Positions 14,393 to 29,303 are shown, counted from the first letter of the stretch. The stretch: 64,000 nt of DNA from Octopus vulgaris (GCA_951406725.2 OX597824.1:64976001-65040000), one strand, 5' to 3'. The notes: generated from the letters alone by a model not told the origin. Made by a program: numbers and translations.

Positions 14393-17300
14393 AGTTGCAT
14401 AAAATGACCAAGAAATGTGTAGAAATTCCAAAAAATATTACTATGTATTTTGGTATGATATTTGTTTCCGGCAAAATGTGCTTTGAAATAAAATAAAATT
14501 TTAATGACAATAGTAGAAAATATTACTCCGAATATAAAATTCACAATCCGAACATATTTTTAGGAATGCAATTTATCCCTTTACAGCATTCTAACTGATG
14601 TGTTTATATTAGTCTAGTGTTTTTTGTTTATATACTAGACTATTACCCGTCATATGATAGATAACTTTGGAATTATACTTTTGCTAATATGGATAATATT
14701 AGAAAATACGACATATACACACAGTAATTATAATTCAACTTTTATCAAATTTATTGGTGTTTATACAAAATGAGGAAATGAATACTAGTTTTAAAACGAA
14801 AAATATTTATTACTCTGTCGTGTACTTCTTTCTCCTCTTCCTCCTCCTCCTCCTCATCATCATCATCTGTCTCCAGGATTCTTACTCTCTCACTACATGT
14901 GAGTGTGCACGAGTAGCGTTCCTTTACTCGTTGCTTTCCATTAAGTCCAGTAAGGGTAGTCATCCTGTATTTCTTATATTAGCTCTCTCTCTCTCTCTTC
15001 CTCTCCATACGATGCAAAGCGTAACAACACGAATTTGCCCACCAACCAACTTTTATATCAGCAACGATATGACAGAGATTGCGAGCGTTCAACTTTTGGC
15101 ACGCAATCATCACTATTGCTTTTTTATATATGGTGTTGGAGTTAGGTACCACTGATAAAACTGAATAGCTATAGTGATAATGGCTTGCCAAAAGGTCACG
15201 TACGAAATTTTAGATTCATGTGGGCTGCTGTCTGAAGCTGTACCTAGTTGGATATGACCTGGCACAGCGAAAATCATAACTGTCTCAATTACTTATTATA
15301 TAAACAAAAATATGTACCTCGTATTGAGTTCTACTTTATACACTGTTTTAACGTTTAATATACTCCGACATATAATAAACACCTTTACATTATGGTGTGT
15401 GTGTGTGCGTGTAGATATATAGATGCATACATACATACACACATACACACATAATACATGCATACATACAAACATGCATACATATACATACATACATACA
15501 TGCACGCATACGCGCATACATACATGCGCAAATACATATATACTGGACACATAGATACGTACATACATGCATACCCATACACACACACACACACACTCAC
15601 ACATTCGCACGCATGATGGTTGCGACTTGATTTCAAGCAGTGTCATAGGTAGATTGCTCCTTTAATGCAGGACAGATTTTGGTTTTTCAGCCCTGCTAGA
15701 GACCTACATTCTTTTGTACAGATACGGTAAGGATGGGCACCTCTTGCAGTTGGCGTTCAGAGAGCTTAACACCAAAAGTGACACAATCTCGAGTCCCTCA
15801 GAGAAGTTTTAATTGAGTGTTTTACCTGTTTTGTCTACATTCAACCACAATATGCAACGCATAATAGAGATGTTAAAAATTAAGCGATGTCAGTAATTGA
15901 AGCTTTTTCAACTCTGTAAAAACTAGAGTTAAAAATATACAAAACTAGTCTACATCATTGTATACAAGCGATGTCGCAGATGTTATATTCAGAGTTTTCC
16001 TTCAAGAAAGTTGTCTGAATAAAGATTAGGGGTCTCTATTAGTTGTTGCATGGCCGTTGACTCTACTGAGTTCATTCGCCCTTTGGCAGGTCTTGAATTT
16101 CATCCTGCAGGGTATCCGACGAAACTCTCTTCCTTATCAAGAGACTGATTGCACTGAGTTACGTTACCAGCAGTACAAGAGCGACCTCACACACACACAC
16201 AACACACACGCACACATACACACACACACACACACACACAACACACACGCACACACACACACACATACATACAAACATGCACACACATACACACTGGTCG
16301 CTACTAGCCATGTGCTGCCATCAGTTGGCGCGCTACAGAACTAGTCCGGGACCTTTTTGATACCACCTCGTTTACCTGACCATTGCTGAAAACGTGTCAA
16401 GCCTCTGCGCAGCCACTATATTTTCTGCACCAAAGTCAACGGTTTGTTGATGGTAACTGCAGGAATTACAGTTGTCCATGAGATATATCAGGACCAAGCT
16501 TGTGTTCACAGTACTGGATGGCTGTTGACTTTAATGAGTCCGACAGGGTGTCATATCCCACTCCTCACTAAACGATGTTAGTGGAGTTGTCAGTTTAGTC
16601 ACCAACGTCCCGACCATGCAGCAGGTTGCATTGGGTTACCTGCTACCAGTAGCTCTCACAAGTAACCTGAAATGCATACATACATACATACATACACACT
16701 TACACACAAGCATACATACACAAATTCAAGCATATGCACATACATACACACTTACACACATACGCACGCAAGCGCGCGCGCACGCACACACGCGTAAGCA
16801 AGCAAACGCGCACACATATGCATATGCACTCTGTTGTCAGATCGTTGATAAAGAGTTTGCAAATCCAATATCCAAGATACACTTTCTGCTTCATACGTAT
16901 TAAGACTGGACCAGCAGCTGAGCATGGGTTCTTGGTAAGGGAGTACCACTCCTTAATTCATACGCTACAAATGACCACATCAGAGGTAACAAAAACCTGA
17001 AAAATCTTCTTAAGATGATGAATAAAACTAAATGCTTTCTTTTATAATCTTGCTACCGAGTTAGTGGACTGTCAAAATTAACTCTAAATAAACAAAAAAG
17101 AGGAAAAGAAAACACGCATATTTACATACAGGCAAACGCATACGGACATACACACACGTATACATATATACGTGCATACATGCATACATACATCCACATA
17201 CATTCACATATACATAAATAAGCCCAGATACACACACGCATACATGTGCACACATGCATACATACACACGTACATGCATAAACGCAGACACACACGTGTA

Positions 17301-19589
17301 CATGCATACACATACATACGTGAATATACACACATGCACACGTACATGCACGCACACACACATACATGCACACATACGTACACACATGCATACACATACA
17401 AACATGCAGTTTAAAGAAGATCCTTGAGAGCATTTCGCCAATTAATAAAACACAGCATGCAACGATAATTTTTGCCAATTAAAGAACACAGTCATGGATC
17501 TTTAAACTTTAATTATAATGATGAGAGTATCAACACATGATTGCACACAAAAAGAAACTTGGAAATTGAAGCATATTTGATGTGTGTGTGTGTGTGTATG
17601 TGTGTACACTCTCAGAGGCATATATATACATAGACACATACATATATTTATATATAACTATATATAAATACATATACACACACAAATACAGACATATTCA
17701 CACTCATACACACATTTACACAAATACACACACACACACACATTAACACACACACAACACACACAAAGCTATGTGTGGTTTTATGCCTTGGGGAAGTTCT
17801 CTTCGTGTTGTGGGAAGTTCTCTTCGTATTGTGGGGAGTTCTCTGGGCCAATTTTTGATCAAATTATGTAAGTTACGTAGGCCATTAATGAGTTCTCCCT
17901 TTTTTGCATAAGTCTAAATCTGTTGGCTGCCGGAGATAAGTTGAACAATGACCGTGCGGATGATGGCTGTTGGGCCAGAAGTACATGCCCACGACTGCGC
18001 TCTTGCCTCCTGACAGTAGCCTGTTCTTTTCCTTCGTGTCAATTTTGGAAAATTCCTGTTTCTTGAAAATATCTCCCATTCTCAAATGGAGCTGATCTTA
18101 TATATGCTGAGCAAATGTTTATTTACAGTATCCGGTATACTCCATCAAACTTCACGCTATTATACAGATACAACGACTCACACCTTCGGACATATTTGAT
18201 CATTCGTCTGGTGATTCAATCGAATTTTCATAGTTCAACCATACTTCCTGCAGTGACTATCCCAGTTTCATTTTGGCATAATAAATATAATATACATCTA
18301 GAACTACGTTATACATCATATTCGTTCATTCTTATGATAGTGTGGTGGGATTTGGAACATATTTATCTGTTATTTCTAGAAGGTAGATAGGTCCCTAGAT
18401 TTAAGTTCACTGGACTCGTTCTTATTTAAATATATCGTTGAATAGTAAACCTTTTATTTGAAAGTGAGATCATTCGGACGTTTTGTTCGAAGATTTTATG
18501 ATAATGACCAAACAATGATATTATATAACTATATTATTAAAATAAATTCAATCAAAAGAGTTACGAGAAGAACTGGTTGAAAACTGTAAAATTACGAAAT
18601 CATAGAATACAATACGTTTTGTATATCATTTGATTACATTTTATAAATTTTCTGAAATAAAATTTATACAAGTAGATGTTGGAAAAAAATTTCGTTACTA
18701 AGAAACCATGATTTATTAACAAGACATAGGAGACAGGTATTTCGGATTATAATAATAAATGGAAGCTGGAAACTGTACAAACAAACGAAGTTACGACTAG
18801 ATAATTAGTTTCTCTTGTACATTCATTCGTGTTTGTAATACAGTAATTATTTACAAGTGAAATACTTTCAAATAAACAGTTTGATTAATTTGTTTCCATG
18901 TGCGACAAATTATAGCTAAGAACGGTAAACAAAATACAAATGAAATGCGTAAGCAATAGGAAAATCGGTGACATTCCCCTACATTTGGTACTTTAATCTT
19001 AATTACTCATTAGAATCATTATCGCTATAACTGCTAAAACAGATTGTTTAGATTTCAACCGAGTGACATTGTAAATAATGAAAAAAAAGAAATTTTTTGT
19101 GTTATTTTTTTAAAGCTTCTAAAGACAAGGAAATTACATTCTTGATTTATTTGTTTTTATTTCTTCTGAGTTACTTTTTCCAAAGTTTTCTCATTTTATA
19201 TTTTATTCTATCTTTTATGTTATTTTTGCTTTGTTTTTAGTTTCAGCATTTTTTTTTTTTTTGTTCACATTTTTATGATTCATTTCTAAATACAGAAGTT
19301 CAATCAGCAATCTTATTTTGTTTTGATTTTGCATGTATTTTTTTTATTTCTTTTTCTTCAACAAACGAATATAAGTCAATTTCTCTGTCAATTTGCTTCC
19401 TGTAAATAACGTTGACTACAGGAAGGAAAAGAAACACTGATTTCGAATCCACTCAGAAAACGCAACCACACTTACAGCCCCTTCTTTACAAGAAGAAATG
19501 TTCAGGAGGTCCTTCGTCGATCTAATGTATCTATAAAGCCCATACGTTGCAGATTACTGTAACAGGTGTAGGGACAGTATAGCTGCAAT

Positions 19590-19730
19590 AGGGCCAAATA
19601 GTTAAGAAGTTCGCTTTGCAGCCACGAAATCCTGGGTTCGATCCCATTGCATACCATCTTCGGCAAATATTATCTCTAGCCTCGAGTCAACCCATACTTT
19701 GTGAGTGAAAAGGAGTAGACGGAAACTCGT
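19590..19730 (+). mobile_element. Diverged tRNA-derived SINE head and body
   Basis: gttaagaagttcgctttgcagccacgaaatcctgggttcgatccc (B box) followed by ...tagcctcgagtc...gtagacggaaact, shared with 23972-24140. Confidence 0.65.
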
Positions 19731-20139
19731 CGGGTTTACAAGGTCCACCCTTATGACACACACTGTGTTACACTGATTCTGCTTAAGAGTTACGTTAAGG
19801 ATAACGTACCACCGGAATACTCAACTATTTACATGCTGATTCAGGAGCAGGTAATTCAGTTGATCGATCGGCTGATTCCTCGTCGGAGATCTACCACTAT
19901 CACTGTATCAAGTAATACTGTGTTTGTCATATTTCTGCAGTTATCGTGATTTTTATTGTTTGTGGTGCTGCTGCTACATATGCTGTTGTTGTTGTTGTTT
20001 TTGTTGTTGTTGTTGTTGTTGTTGATGATGATAATGATGATGATGATGATGATGATGATGCTACTACTGCAGCTGTAGCTGCTGTTGTTATCGTTGCTGT
20101 TATAGTTTTTTTTTGTTTTTTTTACCCGATTATAGTTTT

Positions 20140-20400
20140 GAGTGGCGCCTTCTGTCGCATGTCCGTCATGCGTAACCCTCTTCATCTGCGGGTTCAAGCA
20201 TTGAGATCTGTTGTAATCAACATCTGCTTGTTATACCGTTGGAGTCTTTGGGGATCGGTTGCACTTAGTCTGGGTCCTCGTCTTCGACTTTGCCGCCAAG
20301 AGTGGCCCTACCAAGAGTTTAGAACTCCCAGCGACATCGCTCCCAGAGTCATTAGTCTACGCAAGTCATTCCACCACGGCAAGGAGCGAGCATCAGAGGG
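20140..20400 (+). mobile_element. RTE-LINE 5'UTR-like or SINE fragment
   Basis: gtggccctaccaagag...actcccagcgacatcgctcccagagtcatt...gcaagtcattccaccacggcaagg resembles the 5'UTR motif of RTE-clade elements (recalled, not searched). Confidence 0.4.
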
Positions 20401-21051
20401 ATGTTGTTGCTGTAGTTTTTGCTTAACCTCCTTTTAGCTATGATTGAGGAGTTCAATGATCGAAAGTGGTTCTAGTAGTGACCATCCCGTCTTTTATTCT
20501 AGATCCTCACTAGGCTACGATAATGATCGGCTCAACGCTCTGTTTGAACTGTTTCAAGTCGGTGGCTGCACATAAACCGTACACAGTGACAGAGTTCCAA
20601 GGCCTGAATGTAATGGTCAAAACAGACCAGGGGCTAAGCAACACTGACCTTAATTAAGAGATGAAGAAAGAATAATATACTGCAGTCTTTTATAGGATTA
20701 TGTGACCAGTAAAGATGAGAATGAAGGTGTTGTTGTGGCTGTTGTTATTGCTGCGATCATGTTAAATTTCTTCCAACCCCTTAAAGTTTTTCGAATTGGC
20801 ATGGAGGTCAGAACACATGAAGCCGTTATGAGGTCTCGTAACTTTCTAGAACTAACAGGCAAATATTCCTTAAACTACTCCATAACATTAAAAAAATTTT
20901 TTTTTTAATGAAACATTGTGAAATTTGGTGAAAATTTTAAAAACTTCAAGTGGATGGAAGAAATTTGACAAGATTTTGTTGTTGCTATTGCTGTCGTTGC
21001 TGCTGTTGCTACTACTGCTGCTGTTACTGATATTTCTGTTGTTTTTGTTGG

Positions 21052-21205
<154 letters not shown>

Positions 21206-21294
21206 GTTTAGCGTGCAAACCTATGACCATAGGTATTCCTGTTACTACTATCTGGTTTATTTGTATATCAGTAACCTAGTGATCAGACTATTAG

Positions 21295-21398
21295 GCTGAG
21301 TGTGAAGTTTAAGAAAAATCGGTCGAGCCGTTTTAGCGCAAAACGAGGACACACCGACACACCGACACACACACACACGCACAGTTTTAATATGTAAG
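21295..21398 (+). mobile_element. Possible Helitron/Helentron-associated (DINE-1/HINE-like) 3' fragment
   Basis: gtgaagtttaagaaaaatcggtcgagccgttttagcg followed by a short AC-rich microsatellite and ttttaatatgtaag, an arrangement typical of such elements. Confidence 0.35.
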
Positions 21399-22951
21399 CA
21401 GCGGTTAACGAGAATGTTGGATGTACAGTGTCGGATATCGTTGAGACAAGACGTGTTTTACATAGCTCTGACCAAGTCAGTAGTCAAAGAAACAGAATTC
21501 AACTCAACAAAATATCGTTGAGACGTCTAGCCGAAGGAAACGATTTCAACACAAACTAGCAGAAATTTTCTTTGCTTTCAGCCCCTAAACCTTTGAGATT
21601 TACGATCTTGTAATCATTGGAAGATAGAGTTGACTCAGTAGAAATTTACATAAGTTTATATGCCGCATAGAGAAACAAATATAAACTAGCAGTGCCTGCA
21701 AAATATCTATAAAAAAATCTCAAGATTAGTTTTATAACTAGCCTCATGAGTACGCTGTTAATTTCTAATTCCTATTTCGGCCTTTCGTGACCTTGTCAAT
21801 GACATGTACTTGCAGCCAGCCATTTTCTTAGACAAGATTTGTCACCTCATATATAGGAAACAGTGAATGTTCACACGAAATTTTATGTAACGATTATACA
21901 AATATCGTTGTCATAAAATAAAATAGAAGAGAAATTTCCCGTATTTACCAGTTATTTTCTTGTTTTAACGCCATTTGCATTTTAACAGCGAGGAAGAAGA
22001 TAAGGAAAAAGAAAAGTCAATGTAGTTTGTGAGTTATGTCTTAAGCTTATCCCATTATTGACTAGAGAAATAACAACAAAAAAGTGGGCTATTAGTATTA
22101 TTCTATCAGATTCAATGATTTGGATAATTCAATAATTTGGTATAATTTGTGATCGGCAAACGATTACAGCAAGTCAAACAAAACAGTGAAGCAAAATACT
22201 GAAACAAAACAGTGAAACAAAACTGAAAACAAAATACATTTGAATTTATATTTAACGCAAGACAATTTTATATGGCTGCTTTTAGATTTTGGTTGGAAAG
22301 AACAACAAAAGAAAAATTGTTTAGTGTATGTACATATGTGTGTGTGTGTGTGTGTATATGTATATATAGGAGGGGTGAGATAATACTGTACCAGAACGGG
22401 CTGGTGAAGAGAGAATTCAACGAGCCATCAAAAGCACAAATATGCAAGTCAGGCACCCCTCTATATTGTCTACCTTATACATTACTGCTTTACAAGTAGC
22501 TAATCAATGCTATTGATAGGGAACGGAATTCTGGGTATATTTTCCATGAGGAGTAGTCAAAAATCCGTGAAACGAATCTTTTGGAGACTCCTTTTTTCCG
22601 CACATCAACACAGAATGTGTTTACGCTTTAATTTCTCCCACGTGAAGTTTTGTAATAGCTAAAATATATTCCAGTTCTGAATAACCTTGGGTTGTGCAGA
22701 AAATAGATAAACTAAGAATTATGTTCCTCCGTCGTTAGATATCTTTCGTTATTGCCTGTTTAAACTATTAGTCCACTTTGATCACTGCGTGTCAATTTGT
22801 GGTCTGCAGAGCACTGGGACCGGGGGATCAACAAAAGTATACTGAGGATCCATGAGCAACATTCCAAACTTTGAAGATGACGGAGTGTAAAATATAAGTT
22901 CTCACGATAGGCGCTCCCAACCTTCCAAAATTTGTATATAATTATAGCCGA

Positions 22952-23662
22952 TGGTTGGTTGGTTAGTTGGTTGGTTGGTTGGTTGGTCGGTTGGTTGGTT
23001 GGTTGGTCGGTTGGTCGGTCGGTCGGTTGGTCGGTTGGTCGGTCGGTCGGTCGGTTGGTCGGTTGGTTGGTTGGTTGGTTGGTCGGTCGGTTGGTTGGTT
23101 GGTTGGTTGGTTGGTTGGTTGGTTGGTTGGTCGGTTGGTCGGTCGGTCGGTTGGTCGGTTGGTCGGTCGGTCGGTCGGTTGGTCGGTTGGTTGGTTGGTC
23201 GGTTGGTTGGTTGGTTGGTCGGTTGGTCGGTCGGTCGGTTGGTCGGTTGGTCGGTCGGTCGGTCGGTTGGTCGGTTTGGTCGGTCGGTCGGTCGGTTGGT
23301 TGGTTGGTTGGTCGGTCGGTTGGTTGGTTGGTCGGTTGGCTGATTGGTTGGTTGGTTGGTCGGTTGGTCGGTTGGTTGGTCGGTTGGTCGGTTGGTCGGT
23401 CGGTTAGTTGGTCGGTCGGTCGGTCGGTTGTTTGTTTGGTTGGTTGGCTGGTTGGTTGGTTGGATGGTCGGTCGGTCGGTCGGTCGGTCGGTCGGTTGGT
23501 CGGTCGGTCGGTCGGTCGGTCGGTCGGTCGGTCGGTCGGTCGGTCGGTTGGTTGGTTGGTCGGTTGGCTGGTTGGTTGGTTGGTTGGTCGGTCGGTCGGT
23601 TGGTTGGTTGGTTGGTTGGTTGGTTGGTTGGTTGGTTGGTTGGTTGGTTGGTTGGTTGATTG
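22952..23662. repeat. ~710-bp mosaic (GGTT)/(GGTC) tetranucleotide array
   Basis: Directly visible; generates the PTNQ/PTDR and LVGW/SVGR ORFs. Confidence 0.97.
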
Positions 23663-23971
23663 GTTTCTCCACTCATGCTTTACATTGCAGGAAGAATAGG
23701 GTAGAGAGAATAAAAGAGAAATACAGTGAGAATTAACATAAGAGGTGCAGGATGAGTGCACATTCTCGACTTTGGTGCAGTCAATGACTATAGAACGCTA
23801 CAGAGAGAGAGAGAGAGAAAGAATGATGGAGACAGAGGTAGAGGGAGAAAGATAGTAAATGACAGAATAGTTATGAGAGAAGTTATATAAATAAAACTAC
23901 AACAGCGATTTACGTATTCACGTTCGAATCAACCAGAGTGTATTAAGAATATGTACATTATTGAACACATA

Positions 23972-24373
23972 GGCGCAGGCGTGGCTATGTGGTAAGAAGC
24001 TTCCTTCCCAACCACATGGTTCCTGGTTCACTCCCACTGCGTGGCATCTTGGACAAGTGTCTTCTACTATAGCCTCGGGCCGACCAAAGCCTTATGAGTG
24101 GATTTAGTAGACGGAAACTGAAAGAAACCTGTCGTATAAGAGTGTGTGTTTGTCTGTGTGGGTGTGGGTGTGTGGGTGTCTGAACTGGTCCCCCACCATC
24201 GCTTGACAACCGATGTTGGTGTGTTTACGTCTCCGTAACTTAGCAGTTCAGCAAAGAGACTGATAGAATAAGTACTAGGCTTACAAAATAATAAGTCCTG
24301 GGGTCGATTTCTTCGACTAAAGACGGTGCTCCAGCATGACCGCAATCTGATAATTGAAACAAATAAAAAGAAT
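23972..24373 (+). mobile_element. Near full-length octopus-type tRNA-derived SINE with internal (GT)-rich tract
   Basis: A box gtggctatgtggtaag, B box ggttcactcc, conserved body and A-rich tail. Multiple homologous copies in the window. Confidence 0.85.
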
Positions 24374-25470
24374 ACAAGAATATTATCTTGTTATATTTAA
24401 TTTTTTAAGGTAATATTTCTCTTATGAAAATTAGTGTTCATTTCATCATTTTGTATAAGCAACATAAGACCGGATATCAGTTAAATTATAATTATTGTAA
24501 TATTTATCATCATTTAAAAGTTGATGTTTTGTTAGAACACAGAATACTGCTATATCACATGATTTCGGCCTTCTTTGGCCTTGTCAATGGTAGACGCCTG
24601 ACCACTGGAAATAACAGTGATTGCTCAATCAGCAACATACATGGAATTACAATGCTTTATTAAGTATTGTTATCACTAGTAGCCAGTGGGTTTATTGTCT
24701 CCCGCAAGTGATGTAAACAAGAGTGCTTATATGTACCACAAAACTGTGAGAGGTTTTCTCGTGGTAACTATTGCAGTATTCTGTGTTCTAACACAACATC
24801 CACTTTTAAGTGGGGATGAATATTATATTTTGGTATGAATACTGCTTCTGCCGCTTTAATTATTTTATAATTATTGAATCTATACCATATTTGCAAAAGT
24901 ATACTGACGGATAAAACTATAGCAATTTAAACATATCCGAAATGAGTGCTGAATAACCTCTTGTGGGTGTTGTACGACACTTTCTCATTTCCCATTTGTA
25001 TAACTCCTCTCATATCCACTCTAACATTTACTCCCTCTCTTCCTCCACCTCTTTCTCCATGATTCTTTCTTCCTCAGTGTCTGTGTGTGTATGTGTGTGC
25101 GTAGCATTCTTTAGTCATTGCCTGCCCCAAATACTATTAAGCGTACTCATCCTACACCACTTATGTATGCCATTTTGTAGGTGTTGTATGACATCTTGTG
25201 GGTGTTGTATGACCGCATGTCAGTGTTGTATGATATTCGTTGTGTGACTGCATATCAGTGTTGTTTGATATTTAAAGACACAAGAAGTATATAACAATGA
25301 ATCGGACCTCTTAAGTTTGTGTGTCTATGTAAATATGTACACGTGGGGATGTGCCCATCAATATATGTATATGTAAGGATGTGAGGCTATGAGAGCATGT
25401 ATATGTAGGATTGTGTTTATGAATAAATATACACACTCATACACATATATATATCTGTATGTATGTATGT

Positions 25471-25832
25471 ATAACTGAAGGATTAAAATTAATCAAAGGA
25501 CATACCAATTATGTCTACCTGCTGGAAATAAGTCAAAACTCTTATTTAAATCGCCGAAAATACACTGATAACGTGACGGGTTGGGGATCGCCATCACGGT
25601 ACCGCATGCTGAGGAAAGGTGACGCTATAATGCCAGTCCAGAAACCGGTCCACGTCAGTTCAATTACTTGAATGTATACGGAGAGATTGGCTTGGCCCGT
25701 TAGCCCTCAGACGGTTGGTTTCTGTAGTTACTATCAGTCTATTTTCGGCGATTTAAATAAGATTTTTGACTGTTTTTTCCAGAAGGTAGACATATTTAGT
25801 ATGTCCTTTGATTAATTTTAATCCTTCAGCTA
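25471..25832. mobile_element. Fold-back element (~100-bp inverted arms) with a hammerhead-like motif in the spacer
   Basis: Arms 25471-25570 and 25731-25832 are reverse complements. CATG-CTGAGGA...GAAA-CCGG-TC-CACG at 25605-25654. Confidence 0.75.
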
Positions 25833-25984
25833 TTTAACGCTTTTGGGGGCCTGCAATCGTGTATATTATTGATTTTGTTATTATCATTTTTAATTGTTAT
25901 ACTATATAATAATAGAGTCAATAATATCTTCGCAAATATTTTCTCCTGAATTATTTACTCCGTATTGTGTATATACGGTAGCTC

Positions 25985-26503
25985 AACATGCTTCAAACCT
26001 TCTTCTTTCCTCAAGTGCAACAGCAAAGGGACATTCGCTTGCAACAGGATAGGGCTCCATCCCACTATGCGCATTGTGTTCGTGATTAGCATGACATCAG
26101 TTTTAATGGCAGATGGATTGGACGACGTGGACCGATCGAATGGCCAGCGCATTCACCCGATTTAACACCTACGGATTTCTTCTTGAGGGGTGTTCATGAA
26201 AACATGGTATACAAAGAGAAATCGTGAACCATTGCTGATCAACGTAGAGTTATTAACGAGCAGTTCGTCACAATCGACGTGGAACTGTGCCAAAAGGCTT
26301 GTCGCAGCGTGGCTTCGCATTTGCTATCTTGTATCGGAAACAAAGGAAAACAGTTTGAACCACTTCGTTCGTAGTTATCATTGTTGCGTCATTGTTTCAT
26401 TCGTAGTTATTATTCATCATTGTTCTATACAATAAAGTTTATTGAAAAACCTACAATAGTTTTCAAAATAAGAATCGGGCGAAACTTTTTGGACAACTTG
26501 TAT
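25985..26503 (+). pseudogene. Tc1/mariner (Tc3-like) transposase 3' remnant with right TIR
   Basis: Translates to QQDRAPSHYA and WPAHSPDLTPTDFFLRG, matching the QQDGAPPH and WPPRSPDL motifs. Ends in ...aaactttttggacaacttgTA. Confidence 0.8.
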
Positions 26504-27031
26504 ATCATTCAACTACTACCGTAGTTGAATAATATTCTTAAAGCCGTAATTTACCCACACGCAGCATCTTCAGAGGTTTGTCGCTAATTTAGTTACCAAA
26601 TTGAAAACTGTTCCCATTTTTGAAGAGGACTGGTCCCTAGCTACATTTTGCCATAAAGAAATTGAGATTTGGTCCAGTAGAAAAAAGTTGACATCAAAAT
26701 TTGTAGCAACGTTATAGGAGAGTAAGTAACGCCTCCAATCAAGTTTAGAACTGAATAATTTTTTTTAAAAGCAGAATATATTTATCTTAGCTTCAATGAT
26801 TAAAGAAAGCATGAGGAATTTCATAGTTTTGCTTCCATGCAACAAAAATTTGTATCAAAAAAGTTGTGGGGTCAAATATCATGAACTTTTCCAAGTGTAA
26901 TAACTTGTCCTGTACTTTTCCAGGTTTATAATCTTAAGAATATTATTTCTCTTGTTCGCATTTTTCCATGTAATATATATGAAGATGTATGTACATGTAT
27001 GTATGTGCATGAATGTATAAATGCCCATGAA

Positions 27032-27062
<31 letters not shown>

Positions 27063-27066
27063 GAAT

Positions 27067-27141
<75 letters not shown>

Positions 27142-27379
27142 AGAGGAGGAGGAGGGGGAGGAGGAGAACATTTTTTTGTTCTTATTGTTATGTAACCCAG
27201 TTCAACCCGCATCGAGCAAACCTATTTTCATAGGTGTTCCATTAGTGACTCTCCGCCATTTCGTACATCCGGGATTACATTGTTCTTCAGTATTTAAGAG
27301 GGTAAGACATGATATGATTGAGATTTAGCTGTTATTTTTCGTAGTTCCAACGACTACGTAGAGACTCTCGCTTCATCTT

Positions 27380-27423
<44 letters not shown>

Positions 27424-28247
27424 GTGTTACGCCGGTAAGTTGTAATGGGTGGAGGAATGGCTGAGTAATTAAGAGGTTCCCTTCGCAATTACGAAGTTCC
27501 ATGATTGGTGAATATTACTTCTAGTTCAAAGCTCCGTCCGTGTCGCACGTTATATCACGCTGATTCAACCTGAAAATTACTTTAAAGGAATATAAATTTG
27601 GGGAATACTCAGCCGCTTAAACAATATATCACAACGAATAAGTAGTTTAGTTGATCGAACATTTAAAATAGCTGTCGCTGAAACCGACGTAGGATCCATT
27701 TATACTTTTATTTTATTTCATTTTTCCGATTTAGGGGATATGAAGCAACGTGTGGTTTTCGATATTTTATATTCCCAATGGTTGAATTCGTCAATAGCTC
27801 TTACTTATAATGTGTTCTTTAAATCCCGTGATGGAAAAATGATTTTATATTTGTCCATCTCGGTCTAAGTGTAGCAAAGCAAATGAGTAAACCCTTTTCA
27901 AGAGATTCGAATATCGGAAATTGCCTCAAAACATTGGATACTCTGAAGGAGTTGAGGAATATCGTTAGATATCTATAAACGTAAAGGGATTTATTTAATA
28001 ACAAAACTTGCTTGTGGCAGCGGATTGACAAAATTAGTAGTGTCAAACCTAACTTGTGGTTGCGGTACTTTAAGTTCAGATTTCAAATCTCACGGGCCAG
28101 CGTCTCTCAAACTTCTATAAGTATAACTTAACCCTTTTGATACCAAACTGTCTGAGGCTGCCCCTGGTTATATGAAACAAACTTACTGTCAATAATATAA
28201 ACAAACTAACATTTGTTTTTTATAAGCGTCGAAATATGTACTGTAAT

Positions 28248-28490
28248 ATACAAATAAGATGATAATATATTTTCGAACGCAGAGATGCCGTTAGATCAGC
28301 AGAAATATTGGATAAATTACCCTTACAAAGCGGAAAAATTTGTCAACGATTTGTCTTCAAGAGATGTGGGTTCGTGTCTCATGGCTGTTTGTTGACAAAT
28401 CTTCCTGCTTTGTAAGGGTAATTTATACAATATTTCTGATGTTCTGACGGTGTCTCTACATTCGAAAATATATTATCATCTTATTTGTAT
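28248..28490. mobile_element. Fold-back/MITE-like element with ~100-bp inverted arms
   Basis: 28248-28347 is the reverse complement of 28391-28490, with scattered mismatches and a 43-bp spacer. Confidence 0.8.
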
Positions 28491-29002
28491 CTTACAAACT
28501 TACTGTTTGTTTCAAGTGATCTAAATAATAATCTTCCACCTAAATTTTAGGTTAAATTCTTCCACACGCCAGCTTAATAATGAAAAGGTTATTTGACTAA
28601 ATTCTTCATTATGTTTTTTTTAATTAAAACAAATGTTATCAGAACTATGTCAACATTTTTTTCTTCCAGCTTACCCGTTTGACATGTCCGGCAGTGTTTG
28701 GCGAACCCCTTGTGAAGAATATAATATAAAATAGCAAGATACCACTGATGCAGACAATAGTGGATACCATTTTCTAGATGTCATAAACCAGAAAATGCAT
28801 AATTTGTTATTAATTATAACATATTTGATGAAATTTTGTGTGTGTATGTATGTATACACACACATACATACAAACATACACACACATACATACACATACA
28901 CACACATACATACAAACATATATACATACACACACATACACACACATACATACAAACATACGTACATACATACAAATATACATACATACATACATACATA
29001 CA

Positions 29003-29087
<85 letters not shown>

Positions 29088-29242
29088 AAATTCAAAATGC
29101 GATAAAATAAAATTAATTATTATCGCTGGTGTTTCTAGCACAGGCCATATATTATTCATATATAAGTACATTAAAGGCGAAGTATGTACTAGAAACACAG
29201 AAGCTTGATAAATTTAGTGAAATGAAGATAAAAACTTTTGCT

Positions 29243-29301
<59 letters not shown>

Positions 29302-29303
<2 letters not shown>

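Noticed and set aside
17860-18280. Possible LINE 3' remnant
   Set aside because: Only vague similarity, with no diagnostic motif readable.
22760-23761. 333-aa ORF with PTNQ/PTDR repeats and overlapping ORFs
   Set aside because: Translation of a tetranucleotide array, open on both strands, with no domain in the unique flanks.
27733-27870. Possible exon after a polypyrimidine tract and AG
   Set aside because: All three frames hit stops within about 45 codons and there is no recognisable homology.
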